NCBI GenBank assembly: GCA_903880655.1
Contig: CAIRQE010000106.1
Coordinates: 1-62,801, forward strand
Direction: 5' to 3'
Origin: an uncultured bacterium
GTDB lineage: Bacteria; Patescibacteriota; Saccharimonadia; Saccharimonadales; CAIOMD01
DNA: 62,801 nucleotides
The number at the start of each line of letters is the position of its first letter. Position 1 is the stretch's first letter. The translations under genes were made by a program, and so were the position numbers. Positions 34,743 through 41,515 of the stretch are shown here, in pieces. A model generated the notes under the pieces. The model searched no databases. It saw nothing but the letters and a program-made list of their open reading frames with translations, and was not told where the DNA came from.

Positions 34743-35819
34743 CTAATTAAAAAGGTAGCCGTTATTCACAGCCCACTCAGTAAAGACCCTATTAGTAACT
34801 GCTATGCTACGCTTAGGAGACTTACTACTCATAACACTCATAGCGAACAGAGCCTGTGCTTCTTTAGACAGTCGTGCCATATACTGCATCCAGCTACCAA
34901 AGGTAGTATCTTCTACGTTACTTAATGCCTTTGATACTATCAAGCAGGTGGACGCACCGTTATGTGGGACTACAGTAGTAGTCGGGTTGTTGATGATTTC
35001 AGCCCAGCTTGGCATGGTGTTGCTTAACTTCAAGACATTCATCATATCCATCGTAGCCCTCTCACCGATAACCCCAAACAATGCGTGGGTCAGTACATCT
35101 TCAGGCATATCACGGCACATCTTAAGTATGTCAGATGCTTTCTCTAATGAACGTGGCGTAACGAACGCCGCTCTTGGTACACGTGGGTCATTGATGTACT
35201 CATTCATATCGGGGCGCTCATAGTCCTCGAATGATGCCAGCATAGCTGGATACTCTATAGCTGTAGCTATTACTACAGGGTCAACCCCTGCGTTCTGTGC
35301 ATAGTCCCATCGCCACTGCTCTGCAGTTGGTTTACGCATCTTAACTACACATAATCTATTACGTGCATGGGGTGGTATGTTATCGCCTATACCCTCAACC
35401 GCTAAGTTGGTAGTCGCAAAGACTATTGACCCCTCTGGTAGTGCATGTATGCCGAGCTTACGTTCTAGCATCAGTCGTAGACAAGCGTTCATCACAGCTT
35501 TAGATGCCTTACCTACCTCATCAAGCATAACTATCAAGGGTTTATCTAAGTGAAACCCAAACTCTTCGTTGGGTATGAACGAGCAGACAGGGACATCATT
35601 AACTGAGCGTATTTGTGGAACTAAGAAGTCACCCACATCTTTAGTAGTGATGTCTATGTAGCATGGGATATGGTTGGGGTGGGACTCTGATAGAGTCTTA
35701 AGTATAGATGACTTGCCTATCCCCATCTCTCCCTGTACAAGGACAGTGAGCCGCTCACCTACTGAGCTGATAAGTTTGATAGTGTCTTGCATAGTGATTG
35801 AACTATATGGCTTCTTCAT
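34743..35819 (-). CDS. AAA+ ATPase (MoxR/CobS-like)
   Basis: Walker A VQGEMGIGKSS, Walker B LIVMLDEVGKA. Paired with the VWA protein. Confidence 0.8.
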   Translation of the reverse strand: MKKPYSSITMQDTIKLISSVGERLTVLVQGEMGIGKSSILKTLSESHPNHIPCYIDITTKDVGDFLVPQIRSVNDVPVCSFIPNEEFGFHLDKPLIVMLDEVGKASKAVMNACLRLMLERKLGIHALPEGSIVFATTNLAVEGIGDNIPPHARNRLCVVKMRKPTAEQWRWDYAQNAGVDPVVIATAIEYPAMLASFEDYERPDMNEYINDPRVPRAAFVTPRSLEKASDILKMCRDMPEDVLTHALFGVIGERATMDMMNVLKLSNTMPSWAEIINNPTTTVVPHNGASTCLIVSKALSNVEDTTFGSWMQYMARLSKEAQALFAMSVMSSKSPKRSIAVTNRVFTEWAVNNGYLFN

Positions 35820-35843
35820 TATCGTATCCTAATTGTTTGGTAT

Positions 35844-35857
35844 GGGTACTTGTACCC
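35844..35857. promoter_or_regulatory. palindrome GGGTACTTGTACCC, copy 1 of 7 (candidate operator / 5'-UTR hairpin)
   Basis: Exact 14-mer, 24 nt upstream of the AAA+ ATPase ATG (35819, minus strand). Confidence 0.6.
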
Positions 35858-35921
35858 GAAATGTCAGCCCCTTAAGGGAGCGATGCTTTACTTCAACTGC
35901 AGGTATATTACACGTTATGTG

Positions 35922-36320
35922 TCATGGTGTGTCAAGTGTCTCCCCTATGGGGTATGGTTCGCCTTCTGTTTCTAAGTGTATAGACTGTGTTGGGAACACT
36001 ATATCGACTGTATATATGTCTTGTCCTTCATCATCTTTACCATCTTGATCTATATCTCCTATCTCCTCACCTACTCTACAGAATGCCCACGCACAACCCT
36101 GTGCTTTAGCATCTTCGAGCAACCGCTTATGTGCTATCACTAACTCATACTCGTCATACCACTTGACCCGCCAATGATAGAATAAAATAGTCGTGTCATC
36201 TACTAAATTAAACTCCTTTAAATCAATCTCAGGATCTAGTGCCTGAGCCGCCATGAATCTTATGCGGTGCTCTTTATTTTTAAACGCGATTGTGTACGCT
36301 ACATCACTACGGTATCCCAT
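35922..36320 (-). CDS. hypothetical protein (132 aa)
   Basis: ORF in operon register. Confidence 0.5.
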   Translation of the reverse strand: MGYRSDVAYTIAFKNKEHRIRFMAAQALDPEIDLKEFNLVDDTTILFYHWRVKWYDEYELVIAHKRLLEDAKAQGCAWAFCRVGEEIGDIDQDGKDDEGQDIYTVDIVFPTQSIHLETEGEPYPIGETLDTP

Positions 36321-36334
36321 TACTCTTCTCCTAA

Positions 36335-37207
36335 TTAAAACAAATCTAATATGGCGTCTACGTCACGCTTCAAGGTAACACGTACATAATCTGAGTCCTT
36401 AATGTCTTTACTATCAATGCCAGTAAAGCTGTCCTCTAACTTAATACGCATAGCCTCTAGTTGAGTGTCGCCCTTGATATTGAAATGGGTGAGTAGCCCA
36501 CACAGCTCACGTGTGTTCTCCAACACGCTATCGTATATCTTGCCTTTACTACCGTCCTCATTAGTACGCAACCCAAAGCTAAGCTGGGTAAGTATCCTGT
36601 GTAACCTGTCGTATGCGTCAGCATGTACCTTCTCTATGTTTGCCTGATACATCATGTCATATTGATCCTTAAGGTCGTTAAGCCCCTCGTTACCTATATC
36701 AATACGCCAGTCGCCTGACTCTGGCAATGGGTTGTACCGTACTACAAAGCCGAACTTGCTTATAACCTCCTGTGCATCAGGATACTCAGCTCTATCAAAG
36801 AGCGTGCCCAACTGGAACGCCGCCGCACTTACCCTTAAGTTGTAATCTGCAATAAAGTCATTCACTAAGCCCCAATACTGCTTCTCAAGTCGTGCCATCT
36901 CACTCTTATAAGTAAAGAACTGAGCAGTAGTCAGCAAGCGGTCGCCATTGTCGTTCCACGGTGATGTCTGTGTCATGTGGTAAGTTCTGATAAGCCCTGC
37001 CAGCTTTTGGATTGCCGCAAGTGAGTCATCACCTGCTAACAGATTCTTGTGGTAGTTGCCCGCTTTTGTTCTCGTACTATTTGATATGTCTACATCATTA
37101 GATACTTTCTTATCCAGCTTGCGAGCTGTCCACAGGCTGATGCTAAGTGATACCAGCATAGCTGATGATGAAAGGCTTTTTACGTTTGTATTTGTATTTG
37201 ATGTCAT
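36335..37207 (-). CDS. hypothetical protein (290 aa; possibly DUF3150-like)
   Basis: Start moved to MTSNTNT (37207): a GGAGAA RBS and the palindrome lie upstream, and the longer ORF would translate through the palindrome. The family call is from memory only. Confidence 0.5.
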   Translation of the reverse strand: MTSNTNTNVKSLSSSAMLVSLSISLWTARKLDKKVSNDVDISNSTRTKAGNYHKNLLAGDDSLAAIQKLAGLIRTYHMTQTSPWNDNGDRLLTTAQFFTYKSEMARLEKQYWGLVNDFIADYNLRVSAAAFQLGTLFDRAEYPDAQEVISKFGFVVRYNPLPESGDWRIDIGNEGLNDLKDQYDMMYQANIEKVHADAYDRLHRILTQLSFGLRTNEDGSKGKIYDSVLENTRELCGLLTHFNIKGDTQLEAMRIKLEDSFTGIDSKDIKDSDYVRVTLKRDVDAILDLF

Positions 37208-37230
37208 GATGTTCTCCAAAATTAAAAGGT

Positions 37231-37244
37231 GGGTACTTGTACCC
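37231..37244. promoter_or_regulatory. palindrome GGGTACTTGTACCC, copy 2 of 7
   Basis: Exact 14-mer, 23 nt upstream of the ATG at 37207 (minus strand). Confidence 0.6.
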
Positions 37245-37388
37245 AATGGTTGGGGTGTATCAGCACAAGGCGGTAAAGCGTACATATTAATAGGCTGCCC
37301 TGCCTGATACCTCTGCGGTTAATTCAAACGCCCACTCACAGATATACGGCGTCTGGGCTTATTCACCTACCCGGCTTAGGTCACACAT

Positions 37389-37565
37389 TTAATCTTCGTC
37401 TACTCTTAATAGCTCAGCTATCAGTTTTTCATTGCTATAATTGTGTAGGTAAAATCTTTTATACAAGTCAATCCTAAGGTCAGACCATTCAATATTGTAA
37501 TCATTACTCGTTATCATGCGACCCATTAACACATCTATAACCTTTACACGCTCTTCCTTAGTCAT
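37389..37565 (-). CDS. short ORF (58 aa), not in the ORF track
   Basis: MTKEERVKVIDVLMGRMITSNDYNIEWSDLRIDLYKRFYLHNYSNEKLIAELLRVDED. Its ATG forms an ATGA overlap with the stop of the upstream gene at 37562. Confidence 0.35.
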   Translation of the reverse strand: MTKEERVKVIDVLMGRMITSNDYNIEWSDLRIDLYKRFYLHNYSNEKLIAELLRVDED

Positions 37566-38143
37566 GACAGACTCCCGTCCTCTTCGAAGTCCATGTATTC
37601 CACACCTTCAAAGAAGTTATCCATAGAGAACTCATACTCATAAGCGTTCTCCAGCTCACGGTACAGTTGCCGCATGTAGTCCCTGCATTGCCGTTCAATA
37701 TCAGGCTCAGCATCGGTCATCACCTTATCAAACTTTCCAACATCGTTAGTTTCTATATCCCAATCAAGCGTTATGGTATTTTCATGGCAATAGTGGCGGT
37801 GCTGTGTTTTTCGTAGGAGCACCATGTACTCCGCATAGTCGTCTGACAATGTATCAAACGGTACTGTAGATATGTACAACTCAATGTGTTTTTGTCTTAC
37901 ATCAGGGTGGGCTTCAAGAAACTTTTTTAGGTTTATACTGCCCTCAAAACTAGCACCATCTCCCTGTGAATGGAACCCACTCCAATGCATGTCATACACC
38001 TCAGTATCAATACCAACATCTTCAAGTCGCTCAACCCAATCTTCGAGCACGTGATGTGCCCAATGGTTATCGTATAGCTCCCTATTCTTAAAGCTCTCAA
38101 AGGCACGTTCCTTTGCCTCGTCTGATAACTCGTTATATTGCAT
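37562..38143 (-). CDS. hypothetical acidic protein (193 aa)
   Basis: ORF in register. Contains a WSGFHSQGDGASFEG motif. No function assigned. Confidence 0.5.
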   Translation of the reverse strand: MQYNELSDEAKERAFESFKNRELYDNHWAHHVLEDWVERLEDVGIDTEVYDMHWSGFHSQGDGASFEGSINLKKFLEAHPDVRQKHIELYISTVPFDTLSDDYAEYMVLLRKTQHRHYCHENTITLDWDIETNDVGKFDKVMTDAEPDIERQCRDYMRQLYRELENAYEYEFSMDNFFEGVEYMDFEEDGSLS

Positions 38144-38152
38144 GATGTTCTC

Positions 38153-38320
38153 CTACGCATACCATTTAGGTAATGCTTTGTATTCTTTTACTAAGTTGGG
38201 GTACTCAGCTTCAAGCAATTTGCACAGCAGTCTATCTGCATATAAGTGCATGCTCTCTATGTCCTCTTTATGTTCATCACATATAGCTTTTAATTGTTCT
38301 AATGCTTGTTGCTCATTCAT
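38153..38320 (-). CDS. short ORF (55 aa from MNEQQALEQL)
   Basis: Start moved downstream of the palindrome. AGGAA RBS precedes the ATG at 38320. Confidence 0.4.
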   Translation of the reverse strand: MNEQQALEQLKAICDEHKEDIESMHLYADRLLCKLLEAEYPNLVKEYKALPKWYA

Positions 38321-38355
38321 CGTCTTATTCCTATTTATTATTAAGTTGTTGTTAT

Positions 38356-38369
38356 GGGTACTTGTACCC
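38356..38369. promoter_or_regulatory. palindrome GGGTACTTGTACCC, copy 3 of 7
   Basis: Exact 14-mer, 35 nt upstream of the ATG at 38320 (minus strand). Confidence 0.6.
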
Positions 38370-38423
38370 GATTCAGTAGTCAACCGCTTAAGGCGGTGAA
38401 TCTTTTATCAAACTACAGGACAT

Positions 38424-38454
38424 ATTATACGCCCTTTCCCAGTGTGTGTGTCAA
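38424..38454 (-). promoter_or_regulatory. sigma-70-like promoter candidate (TTGACA-N19-TATAAT)
   Basis: Both hexamers match consensus perfectly on the minus strand (38454-38449 and 38429-38424), but the 19-nt spacer is longer than optimal. Confidence 0.3.
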
Positions 38455-38530
38455 GTCATTGATTTAATTAGCTTTTATTTAGGGGAATGGGGATTCCCCA
38501 TAGAGACCTGTTTCCCTCTTAGCTTCCCTC

Positions 38531-39778
38531 TTAGCTTCCCGCTTTCCTCGTTACCAGTATGTCTCCGTTCCTTAACTTCTGTTTGAACCCTTTTAGTTTG
38601 CTCAGTCGTTTCTCGAACTCTCGTATGGCATCAGCCTCACTCCATGCATAAAAGTCTGGTATCTTGCCTCTCTCTACCACTCCTTGCACCACCCATTGCC
38701 CTTTAATATGCTTTATGTTGCGTGTGTACCCATACACTCTCTTACACGCACGTGCACGCACCTGCTTCTTTAATGTAGGGTCTTTAGTGATAGTCGCCGT
38801 ACTGACAGCGTCAGGCTTGATGTTGTCCCATCTTAAGTTGAGTGGGTCGCCGTCCATGCATGGCTTGCGTCTGGGCTTGTTGGTCTTGTGGTCGTATAGC
38901 TTCAGACCCTCTGGTGCTACGGTCGTATTTACCCTGTATGCGTTATCAATGCCGCGAGTGTAGTTCCAGTCGCCTCCTGCACCCATATAAAGGTATGCTA
39001 GTTGATTGGCAGTGTATTCTTTCCCTAACAGCACTATGCGTACGTATGGGTTGTTCTTCTTAAGGTAGTATGGCACTCTTATTAGCTCGTCTGTCGCTCC
39101 TTGTGGCGCTTTCTTTGCATAGAACAGTCGGTATATGTCCGTTTGGCGTCCTTTCTGGGTTTGTGCTTGTGCTTGTGCTGTTAGATACGCCTCCTCACTC
39201 ACTATATGATACCCTGACAACCTTGACGGCTTGCGTGGTAGTTTGCTCTTGTCCTTTGCTTTACCCTTTGCATTGGACTGTTTTGTATGCTTACTTGGAG
39301 GCTTATTTGGCGGCATTACTACTCTACCTGCTCTTTTACCTGCTAGTGAGCCTGTTTGCCACTCAAATGTGCCTTCCTCTGGGTCGTAGTATAAGTGGTG
39401 CTTCAGTTGCTCTTGCGTTAGTGGTTGCGCTCGTGCTTGCAGCCGCCTTTCTTTGTCTTGGGTACGTGTACCCGATATTGCATCTTCTATCGCCGTCTTT
39501 ACGTAATGTTTAAGTAGTAGGGTCTCTTTACCAGTGTTGGGGTTAGTGTATATATAGTTAGCCAGTGCTGTTAGTTCATCTATTACTGCATTACGCCTAT
39601 CTCTTTTCTCTATCTGTTCTTGCACTGACAGTCTTTTTTGCAGTTGTTTGTTTTCCCTCTCTGCTTGCTTACTTAAAGCGTATTTATATCGCCTATATTC
39701 ATTTGCATGGATTCTGTTTAGTCTTGATGCTTCAGATAGTCCTAAGTAGTATTGCGCTGTTCTTTTTATAGGTTGCAT
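38531..39778 (-). CDS. degenerate HNH/AP2-like DNA-binding protein (415 aa), catalytic His residues replaced
   Basis: YYDPEEGTFEW, ANQLAY (AHRLAW in the paralogues), CMDGDPLNLRWDN (IDHIN..DNR..NLR in the paralogues), plus a long Lys/Arg-rich insert. Confidence 0.5.
   Translation of the reverse strand: MQPIKRTAQYYLGLSEASRLNRIHANEYRRYKYALSKQAERENKQLQKRLSVQEQIEKRDRRNAVIDELTALANYIYTNPNTGKETLLLKHYVKTAIEDAISGTRTQDKERRLQARAQPLTQEQLKHHLYYDPEEGTFEWQTGSLAGKRAGRVVMPPNKPPSKHTKQSNAKGKAKDKSKLPRKPSRLSGYHIVSEEAYLTAQAQAQTQKGRQTDIYRLFYAKKAPQGATDELIRVPYYLKKNNPYVRIVLLGKEYTANQLAYLYMGAGGDWNYTRGIDNAYRVNTTVAPEGLKLYDHKTNKPRRKPCMDGDPLNLRWDNIKPDAVSTATITKDPTLKKQVRARACKRVYGYTRNIKHIKGQWVVQGVVERGKIPDFYAWSEADAIREFEKRLSKLKGFKQKLRNGDILVTRKAGS
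39460..39473. promoter_or_regulatory. palindrome GGGTACGTGTACCC, copy 4 of 7 (intragenic)
   Basis: Lies inside the 415-aa ORF and encodes SGTRTQ. Confidence 0.5.
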
Positions 39779-39812
39779 TAGGTTTGTCCTTTTGGGCTGT
39801 TTTGAGGCTGTA

Positions 39813-39842
39813 ATTGTAGTACACGTGTCACATAAAAATCAA
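39813..39842 (-). promoter_or_regulatory. sigma-70-like promoter candidate (TTGATT-N18-TACAAT) for the 415-aa gene
   Basis: Hexamers at 39842-39837 and 39818-39813 on the minus strand. The ACACGTGTCACA element lies in the spacer. The ATG is ~35 nt downstream of the -10. Confidence 0.3.
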
Positions 39843-39850
39843 GATATACG

Positions 39851-40142
39851 TTGACAATGAACAAGTAAAAATTCTCTAAGGGCACGTAGAACGGGCTTGT
39901 GACGGAGTAGGTAAGGCAAAAATTAGTGTTATTAAAGATTTGGAATTATGAGAGAGGAAGAACAAAAAGAAGTAAAAAAACATATATTCCCCTGTACAAC
40001 ACGTGTCACAGGGAAAAAGAAGAAATTTTGAAAAACTTTCCTCTCTATATATATATTATAATAATAATAATAATAATAAGACCTTTTTTTTCTAACCCTC
40101 ACCGCTGCTGGGCTCACAGGAATTTTAGTTGTTCATTGTCAA
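39851..40142. repeat. inverted repeat arms TTGACAATGAACAA (39851-39864) / TTGTTCATTGTCAA (40129-40142) flanking an AT-only tract
   Basis: 14-bp perfect reverse complements. The similarity continues as [G/C]TAAAA(A)TTC on each inward side. Confidence 0.8.
40046..40079. repeat. AT-only microsatellite: TA run followed by (ATA)7
   Basis: tatatatatattataataataataataataa. 34 nt with no G or C, followed by T8. Confidence 0.9.
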
Positions 40143-40392
40143 TGCATTGCGCCCTATTTTCTGTTACACGAGTTTCTCACCTGCTCACTATCCTTATGCT
40201 AAACATCACCATCACGCATACACATTACAGACAACTAGCATGTTCTTTATAAAGCGATTTAAGGCTCATTTAGGGCAATGTAGCACTTTTTTATTATCGA
40301 CGCGTAAAGGGCATGCTACTTCGCTTAAATCGCATAGCTTAGTTTAGTAAAAGAAACAGGTATCAAATTCAGCGCGTGGCTGAATTTTAGGC

Positions 40393-40416
40393 AAAAAAAA
40401 GCCCCCTTTCGGGGGC
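40393..40416 (-). terminator. rho-independent terminator after the 225-aa gene
   Basis: Minus strand reads GCCCCCGAAAGGGGGC followed by TTTTTTTT. Confidence 0.7.
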
Positions 40417-40419
40417 TTT

Positions 40420-40433
40420 GGGTACTTGTACCC
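40420..40433. promoter_or_regulatory. palindrome GGGTACTTGTACCC, copy 5 of 7
   Basis: 2 nt after the stop at 40436 and 3 nt before the terminator hairpin. Confidence 0.55.
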
Positions 40434-40435
40434 AA

Positions 40436-41113
40436 TTATTTTGTTTCGCGATCCACGTACACGTTTATTTCTTTTGCCAGAACTAGCAGTTCTGGTAGGC
40501 TTAGATACTTAACCAAACTATTTAAAGACGCGTCTACCATTTTTTGACTGGCATCACCTATTTTTAAATCAGGTTTAAGCGCAACCTTTACGGGTTGCTC
40601 AATGGTATTTTTACTTGCTGGTGTGGCTGGTGTGGCTGGTGTGGCTGGTGTGGCTGGTGTAGCATCTTGGGTACTTGTACCCAAAACTTCGGTTTTTAAC
40701 GCGTCAATTTTATCTTGTTTTTCTTTCTCAATCAGTGCCTTGCTTGCTTTTTCAGCCTTAACAAACGCCGCCTTTTTAACGGCTAACTCTTCAATACTAA
40801 ACAACCGCACCTTTTCAATGGTGCTAGTAGCCTCTAAATAAGAAGCAAAGTTTTTGGCGCGTGTTCCATTGCTATCTAACCAATTACAGTAAATGGTTGA
40901 CAATTCAAAGGCTTGAACCCTTTTATGGTCGGTATATAGCCCTTTTGCAATGCTACGTATACTTTCACGGGTGGGATTGGTTGCCATAATGGCAAGCGAT
41001 TCTTTTTTGAACAACTCTATATCCTTGTTGTCAAACAGCCTATTGGCTATAAGGCTTAAAGCAGTTAGTTTCATAGTTAATATTTCAGTTTGTTTGTTAG
41101 TGTTAGTAGTCAT
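40436..41113 (-). CDS. hypothetical protein (225 aa) with (ATP)5 repeat
   Basis: First gene of the minus-strand arm. Has a predicted promoter and palindrome upstream and a terminator downstream. Confidence 0.55.
   Translation of the reverse strand: MTTNTNKQTEILTMKLTALSLIANRLFDNKDIELFKKESLAIMATNPTRESIRSIAKGLYTDHKRVQAFELSTIYCNWLDSNGTRAKNFASYLEATSTIEKVRLFSIEELAVKKAAFVKAEKASKALIEKEKQDKIDALKTEVLGTSTQDATPATPATPATPATPASKNTIEQPVKVALKPDLKIGDASQKMVDASLNSLVKYLSLPELLVLAKEINVYVDRETK
40617..40661 (-). repeat. 9-bp x5 in-frame tandem repeat encoding ATPATPATPATPATP
   Basis: gctggtgtg x5 on the plus strand, 8 nt from palindrome copy 6. Confidence 0.9.
40669..40682. promoter_or_regulatory. palindrome GGGTACTTGTACCC, copy 6 of 7 (intragenic)
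   Basis: Lies inside the 225-aa ORF and encodes LGTSTQ. Confidence 0.5.
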
Positions 41114-41136
41114 TTGATTTACCTATTAAGATGGTT

Positions 41137-41150
41137 GGGTACGTGTACCC
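41137..41150. promoter_or_regulatory. palindrome GGGTACGTGTACCC, copy 7 of 7
   Basis: 23 nt upstream of the ATG at 41113 (minus strand) and ~35-45 nt downstream of the predicted promoter. Confidence 0.6.
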
Positions 41151-41190
41151 GAAAAGTTAAGTTGTTGTGTTTTGCTAGAACACGGTAATC

Positions 41191-41219
41191 ATTCTACTAG
41201 CTTTGTGTCATTATGCCAA
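41191..41219 (-). promoter_or_regulatory. sigma-70-like promoter candidate (TTGGCA-N17-TAGAAT) for the leftward early operon
   Basis: Hexamers at 41219-41214 and 41196-41191 on the minus strand with an exact 17-nt spacer. Confidence 0.4.
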
Positions 41220-41489
41220 CTATTGTTTCATTGTGTTTCTAACGGTCTATATTATAAGGAATAGAATAAACTAATAAAACTCTATAGAAATCAATGACTT
41301 ACGAAGGGTACGGGGTGGGCAACCCCCCTTTTCAATTAGGAGTCCCTATTTTGTACTATACTATGTTACACACAACCAAATTCTAAATTCCCCAATTTTC
41401 CTAATTCCCCCTAAGCCCCTCTTAACACCTAGCTTCCAAGTCCTTTTAGTGTACTCCATTCAAATTTCCCTTGACCTCCAATTTATTTT

Positions 41490-41515
41490 TTGATAAGCTG
41501 TGCACAGCTTATCAA
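41490..41515. promoter_or_regulatory. 26-bp perfect palindrome TTGATAAGCTGTG|CACAGCTTATCAA
   Basis: Perfect dyad flanked by T-runs. Overlaps a possible TTGACC-N17-TAAGCT promoter (41471-41499) facing the packaging genes. Confidence 0.5.

Noticed and set aside
38664-39771. Several plus-strand ORFs (38664-38963, 38842-39063, 39070-39513, 39565-39771) antisense to the 415-aa gene
   Set aside because: They are Leu/Cys/Val-rich products with no motifs. They overlap each other and a better-supported minus-strand gene that has paralogues in the window.
39926-40347. ORFs 39926-40252 (+), 39932-40117 (-) and 40129-40347 (+) in the control region
   Set aside because: They translate the TA/ATA microsatellite into IIIIIII or YYYYYYY runs. 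They have non-ATG or unsupported starts and no RBS. The region is better explained as non-coding regulatory DNA.
35844-41150. Whether the repeated palindromes form a CRISPR array
   Set aside because: The spacing is irregular (about 250 to 1400 bp). The units are only 14-18 bp, several lie in 5' UTRs or inside ORFs, and no cas genes are present.
35844-41150. Idea that the palindromes are N4-type hairpin promoters read by a virion RNA polymerase in the 2382-aa protein
   Set aside because: I could not recognise any RNA-polymerase motifs in the giant protein or elsewhere. The hairpin geometry (5-bp stem, 4-nt loop) differs from what I recall for N4. Canonical sigma-70-like promoters lie upstream of at least two copies.
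41312-41334. Possible plus-strand terminator (GGGGTGGG-CAA-CCCCCC-TTTT) and a small RNA in the divergent region
   Set aside because: The stem needs a bulge and is only ~6 bp. No convincing plus-strand promoter lies upstream (best spacing 19 nt with weak hexamers). The evidence is insufficient without transcript data.
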